64,000 nucleotides of DNA from Octopus vulgaris (lineage: Eukaryota), in assembly GCA_951406725.2 (NCBI GenBank), contig OX597821.1:13640001-13704000 (forward strand), read 5' to 3'. Of this stretch, positions 57,971-64,000 are shown piece after piece. A program made the translations under genes and the position numbers. Numbering within the stretch: position 1 is the stretch's first letter; every line of letters begins with the position of its first letter. Below the pieces are notes generated by a model. It saw nothing but the letters and a program-made list of their open reading frames with translations, was not told where the DNA came from and ran no database searches.

Positions 57971-58359
57971 AATTCTTGTGCCTTTCGGTTGTAACTTGCG
58001 AGTAATCCATTATATTCTTTATATATATATATATATATATAAAGACGGGGAAGACGGGGAGGATGACTCCCCTTCACAAATACTGAGAGGACACAGATAG
58101 TGTGTCTATAGCCAGCTGGAGGAGATATCTTCCTGGGGCTACAAACTACAGTAGCATCCACCCTTATGGGTTAGCCATATTCAAATGGCAAATATGCATC
58201 ACGATGTGTTACCGCTACTGTTTATAACTCGCTCTGAGATTTATCATTATATATATATATATGTATAGAAATTAAATATAAATTATAAAATGGGACAAGA
58301 ACGCAAAAACACACAAAGGCGGCATAACGTACCCCTATATATATATATATATATATATA

Positions 58360-58599
58360 CAGGGTGGCCCAAAAGTAGGTTTACAGTTGTCTCGAAGGCA
58401 CTTAAAATTTTTTTTAATATTTTATTGCATTTAAATTCCTATCTTACAAATTAAACTGAAAAGAGAGAGCTTATCAAAATTAACTAAATTAGCAGACAAT
58501 AATGATTTCATATTTTTTTATAATTAAGATCTAAACTGTTAATATATGAATGTGAAAGAGATGGTTGAGCAACTGTAACACTACTTTTGGGTCACCCTG
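58360..58599. mobile_element. Tc1/mariner-type MITE
   Basis: TA flanks; TIRs cagggtggcccaaaagtaggtttacagttg / caactgtaacactacttttgggtcaccctg. Confidence 0.88.
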
Positions 58600-58972
58600 T
58601 ATAGGGTAAAATAAGTAAAGTGTGCATGCGTTACATAAATAATATTTTCAGGATTAAATAAAAAAACAACAAACGCTGTATATATATATATATATATATA
58701 TAAATTTTTAAAAAAACGTGTAGAAAATAAACAGACCTATACTAAATACATAAATATAAACAGGCGCAGGCGTGGCTGCATGGATAGAGTTTTGCTCCCT
58801 AACCACATGGTCCCGGGTACAGTCCCACTGCGTGATACTCTGAGCAAGTGTCTTATACTCTAACCGTAGGTCTACCACTGATTAGTGAGCGAATTTTGTT
58901 GACGGAACTGCGTGGAAGCCTATATTCATATATTCATATATATATATATACGTGTGTGTGCGTCTATATGTA

Positions 58973-59020
<48 letters not shown>

Positions 59021-59042
59021 CAAAATAAGTTACAGCATATCC

Positions 59043-59087
<45 letters not shown>

Positions 59088-59172
59088 CTGTAAAAAAATA
59101 ATAAATCCGAAAGAAGAAGCACAATCTAAGATATAAAACAGTGTATATTAAAAATGGGGGAGGCTTGTTCTA

Positions 59173-59235
59173 TGGGATTACCTTAGGTTTCCCGTCCATA
59201 AAGGGTTTAGCTTTATGGCGCATCGTCAGATCCCA
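59173..59235 (-). ncRNA. Type I hammerhead ribozyme
   Basis: UGGGAU CUGACGA ugcg-CCAUAAAG-cuaaacc-CUUUAUGG-acgg GAAA CCU-a-AGG UA^ AUCCCA; in a ~180-bp insert between TA tracts. Confidence 0.85.
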
Positions 59236-59284
59236 AAACCTTTTGGCCCAAAGCCTCTTAAGAATATATATATATATATATCTT

Positions 59285-59490
59285 TTTTATTACTTTACTT
59301 GTTTTAGCCATTAGACTGCTGCCATGCTGGAGCACTGCCTTAGTCGAAGAAATCGACCCTAGGACTTATTCTTTGTAAGCCTAGCACTTATTCTAGCGGT
59401 CTCTTTTGCCGAACCGCTAAAGTACGGGGACGTAAACACACCGACATCGGTTGTCAACCCATGGTGGGGGGACATAGACACAAAGATACA
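59285..59490 (-). mobile_element. SINE family B, 3' half
   Basis: Reverse complement of family B tail. Confidence 0.8.
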
Positions 59491-59674
59491 CACCTAAACA
59501 CATCCGTGATGCCTACTGCTTCTGTTTGACCTCAAACCACAGGAAAACCGGTGTTTGTCCGTTTACATTCCCATAACAGCGATTCAACACAAAGAGTACG
59601 ACAGAACATTCAAGGAACTGAAATATTAGTTCTCTGGGGTGATTTGAAGACTAAGTCGTTCAAAGCGCGTTCAA

Positions 59675-60072
59675 AGGGGCTAAACACAGAGAGGACAAAC
59701 AAGGACAGACAAACGCATTAAGTCGATTATATCGATCCCAGTGCGTAACTGGTACTTATTTAATCGACCCCGAAAGGATAAAGGGCAAAGTCGACCTCGG
59801 CGAAATTTGAACTCAGAACGTAGCGGCAGTCGAAATACCTATTTCTTTGCCACACACAAGGGGCTAAACACAGAGAGAACAAACAAGGACAAACAAACGG
59901 ATTAAGTCGATTATATCGATCCCAGTACGTAACTGGTACTTATTTAATCGAACCCGAAAGGATGAAAGGCAAAGTCGACCTCGGCGGAATTTGAACTCAG
60001 AGCGAAAAGACAGACGAAGTACCGCTAAGCATTTTACCCGGCGCGCTAACGTTTCTGCCAGCTCGCCGCCTT
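59675..60072 (-). mobile_element. Family A SINE dimer
   Basis: Junction gcagtcgaaatac|ctatttcttt at ~59838. Confidence 0.88.
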
Positions 60073-60530
60073 GAAGTAAAAGAAATATAAGAAAATGTTC
60101 ACTACACTAATTCTTCCACGACCCTCCATATTTTCGTTCCTCTGTGTTTTGTAATAAATGTGTATGTATAAGTTTGTCTGTCTGTGTTTGTCCCACCTCT
60201 ATCACTTGACAACCGATATTAGTGTGCTTACGTTCCCGTAATTAGCGATTAGGCAACAGAGCCCGGAAGGAGCAAAAGTCTTTCTTGAGCCAAAGGCTAA
60301 ATAAAGCAGGTTACCCGGATTCTGTAAAATACATATTCTTCCCTCTCAGGCCTTGACTAGACACCGGTCCTTCGGAGGATTAAACATTGAATTGGTACAA
60401 CGTAAAAATTGTTTACGCAAGAAAACAACGCATCATCTTCTCAAGGAATCGAAACCACAGTTTCACGATCACGATTCAACGCACCTCCACACACTTACGC
60501 ACAGTTGTAAAAATTATATTATATTATATA

Positions 60531-60930
60531 TGCCTGTGTGGTAAGTAGCTTGCTAACCAACCACATGGTTCCGGGTTCAGTCCCACTGCGTGGCATCTTG
60601 GGCAAGTGTCTTCTGCTATAGCCCCGGGCCGACCAATGCCTTGTGAGTGGATTTGGTAGGCGGAAACTGAAAGAAGCCTGTCGTATATATGTATATATAT
60701 GTATATGTATGTATGTGTTTGTGTTTGTGTGTCTGTGTTTGTACCCCTAGCATTGCTTGACAACCGATGCTGGTGTGTTTACGTCCCCGTCACTTAGCGG
60801 TTCGGCAAAAAGAGACCGATAGAATAAGTACTGGGCTTACAAAAAGAATAAGTCCCGGGGTCGAGTTGCTCGACTAAAGGCGGTGCTCCAGCATGGCCAC
60901 AGTCAAATGATGTAAAAGAGTAAAAGAGAG
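60531..60930 (+). mobile_element. SINE family B
   Basis: Near full length. Confidence 0.9.
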
Positions 60931-61422
60931 TACACATATACATACATGTGTGTGTGTGTGTGTGTGTACGTATATCTAGCTTCACACATGAGTGGCGGGG
61001 CGGTGAAGGCTTTTTACTCGATATGGGTACGCTTTTGCAAAAATATAGATAAACTGAAAGTGGTTGTCTTACTTTACACCTGACAGTATATATTTATCAA
61101 TGAAATCTTCAAAACATACATAATAAACCTTCATGTTTTAACGTATCAGTTACACGAATTTGGTAAAATCTCAAAGCTCTAACATTATTATATATCTCAA
61201 TGAAAATGAAAGAAAAATAACCAGTAAAAAATACAAAATAAAGATAAAAATATGTTTTTTATGCTTTGCCAGTTGGCTCACCATTTTTTCCTTTTTTTTT
61301 GTGATATGTAATATATTTTAGCTTCCAGTTTGTATTCTGAAACTTCAATAAAACATATGTTTAATGCGTCCCCATCAAAGATCTTTTTTTTACTTTTCTT
61401 CTCCTCCATCACACACACGCAC

Positions 61423-61483
<61 letters not shown>

Positions 61484-61787
61484 GTATGGTATAGTATTTA
61501 TTGCTTGCTTTGTACAAACAAGGAACAGTATACCAAATACATTTGTAAAGTGATCATATATAATCCATGTTGAAATATATAATCTATATTATTTTTTTTC
61601 TGGTCATTATATCATTCTGGCAATAATTCATCTGTTTTCTTTCTTCCGGATGGAGACCATAGCTAATTTCCAGCAACTTGAAATAACCAGAAATAAGTTC
61701 GTTACTTCGAAGTAACAAATGCTTTACTTTGAATATCTGATAATCATATACATACATACGTACGTACGTGTGTGCGTGCGTGTATGC

Positions 61788-61841
<54 letters not shown>

Positions 61842-62409
61842 ATGCATATTTATGTATGGATCTCGGTCACTACCAGGATTTCTACCGATGATTCTACTTT
61901 ATAAAATGGGTCCGCCATAACTACCAGTAATAACTTTGAAACTAGTCGAGTTTATATTTTTGTGGCGGGGGTGTTTGTGTGTGTGTGTAAACTCAGACTA
62001 GGTTTAAAGTTATAACTCGTAATTATTTTATGAATCTCGTAAAATTAGAATGCCAAGTATACCTGAGCGGATTTGAACTCAAAACATATGCGCGAGATTG
62101 TAAGTGCGCATGCGTACTGGTTTGTGAGCGTATGCGTGTATATATGTATGTATCTGTGTGTGTTATATCTATATGAGACTATATATGTATGTGGTTGCTA
62201 CTTTTAAACTATTTTCTCGCCGATTATTTATGGATTAACAGTCTATATCAGGTGAAATAACAACCATATTTGAATATATTAGGATATTCAAACATCCTCC
62301 CCTTCTGTAGATACAAACTTTAATCTTATGTTTCTGTTATGGCTCGAGAAGATATCTCGTATCTCTTTTGAAATTATTATTTCCAAATTAATATAAGGGC
62401 AACCAAATA

Positions 62410-62800
62410 TTGGTCTGAAATTATGGCGAAAAGCCAGTAATTTCGGATATGTGGTTAAGTCGATTATATCGATCTCAGTGCTCAACTAATACTCGTTTCA
62501 TCGATCCCCAAAAGGATGAAAGGCAAATTCTACCCTGGCGAAATTCGTACATACAATGTAATGATGGGAAGTATACTGTTTAAGCATTCTGTCCAGCGCA
62601 CTAACGATTCTGCCAGCTCGTTAATGATTCTGCCTAGGAAAGGCAAATATTGATATCAAATTCTGGCACAATGCCAGCAATTTCGGGGAAGGAAATATGT
62701 CGATTACATCGACCCCACCCCAGAGTTCAACTGGTGCTTATTTTATCAACTCCAAAATGATGAAAAGCAAAGTTGAATTGGTGGAATTTGAAGTCAGATC
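62410..62800 (-). mobile_element. Two diverged family A SINEs
   Basis: aaggatgaaaggcaaa and gattctgccagctcg motifs. Confidence 0.7.
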
Positions 62801-62809
62801 GTGAAGGTA

Positions 62810-63241
62810 AGCGTAGGAGTGGCTGTGTGGTAAGTAGCTTGCTTACCAACCACATGGTTCCGGGTTCAGTCCCACTGCGTGGCACCTTGGGCAAGTGTCT
62901 TCTACTATAGCCTCGAGCCGACAAAAGTCTTGTGAGTGGATTTGGTAGACGGAAACTGCAAGAAGACCGTCGTATATATGTATATATATATATGTATGTA
63001 TGTGTGTGTGTGTGTGTGTCTGTGTGTCTGTGTGTCTGTGTTTGTACCCCACCAACATTGCTTGACAACCGATGCTGGTGTGTTTACGTCCCCGTAACTT
63101 AGCGGTTCGGCAAAAGAGGCCGATAGAATAAGTAGTAGGCTTACAAAGAATAAGTCTTGGGATCGATTTGCTCGACTAAAGGCGGTGCTCCAGCATGACC
63201 ACAGTCAAATGACTGAAACAAGTAAAAGAGTAAAAAGAGAG
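62810..63241 (+). mobile_element. SINE family B, full length
   Basis: Head through (gtaaaaga)n tail. Confidence 0.9.
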
Positions 63242-64000
63242 TATAGACAAAAATGCCTTTAAAACCATTTTGCCCAGCGCCATAATGATTTCGATAGGTC
63301 GCCAAATATTGCCATCAAGGACAGCCATTTATATCAACAGAACTGCAGTCAAATGACTGAAACAAATAAATGGTAAAAGATGTAAGGCGAGCTTCAGTAA
63401 CTTCTTACATCAGTATATAGGCTTCATTAAGACTGTGTATCGACATCTTACGAGCTTCAACAGGACTGTACATGTCTACGTAAATGTTTCACTAAAACTG
63501 TGTTCATACAAATGTACTTCAATGGAATTGTATATGTCTATACTTCGTTGCTATTATGTTAAATTGCCGTATGTCCAAATGTGGCCAAATGCGTTTTTGT
63601 TTTTTTTGGGGGGTTTTTTCGATATTTATTTTAGCTTGCAATAGCCGGTTCTTTTGGTCAAACTATCGTATCTCCAGTTGCTTCAAATGCCAAGAGCTCA
63701 AAAATTGTCAAAGTGTAGTATAACGATTTTGCTATGGAATGGGAAAACTATTTTTTGTTTTCTGAAAATGCAACGATATGTACTTACGACACTTTTGCAT
63801 AATAGCAATGATATGTACTTCAATATCTACTTACGTGCTTATTTATCTACATGTCTACATATGTGCTTTAATAGACCTGCATGTCCATATATGTATTTCA
63901 AGAACACTGTAAGTCTATGTGTGCTTTCAATTGGGCGTGTGTCTCTCTCTATGAGTTGTAAAAGCTGACAAATGTCATAAATATGGAAGTATGAATTCTG

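Noticed and set aside
58060-58160. Hammerhead-like ctgagag...caaa ctacag ta
   Set aside because: Core lacks a base, GAAA is mutated and helix I is poor

Overview
Eukaryotic, AT-rich DNA dominated by microsatellites ((TA)n, (CA)n, (TATG)n, (GATA)n, (TAA)n) and transposable-element debris. The repeat landscape suggests an octopus or other cephalopod genome (inference). Nearly all supplied ORFs are microsatellite artefacts and no complete host gene is recognisable; the only candidate is a 45-nt first coding exon at 54566. Supported content: three tRNA-derived SINE families in many copies, LINE fragments (RTE, R4/Dong-like, Tx1/L1), Penelope-like element (PLE) RT and GIY-YIG relics, mariner/Tc1 derivatives, a Helitron-like element and a ~1.6-kb tandem duplication. 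The most notable signal is a dispersed set of short, mutually unrelated, (TA)n-embedded elements carrying minimal type I hammerhead ribozymes (HHRs). Four loci have an intact CUGANGA/GAAA/UH core and about ten more are variant or degenerate. Several are arranged as fold-back palindromes, and in one the inverted arm starts exactly at the predicted self-cleavage site. All structures were read by eye and not computed.
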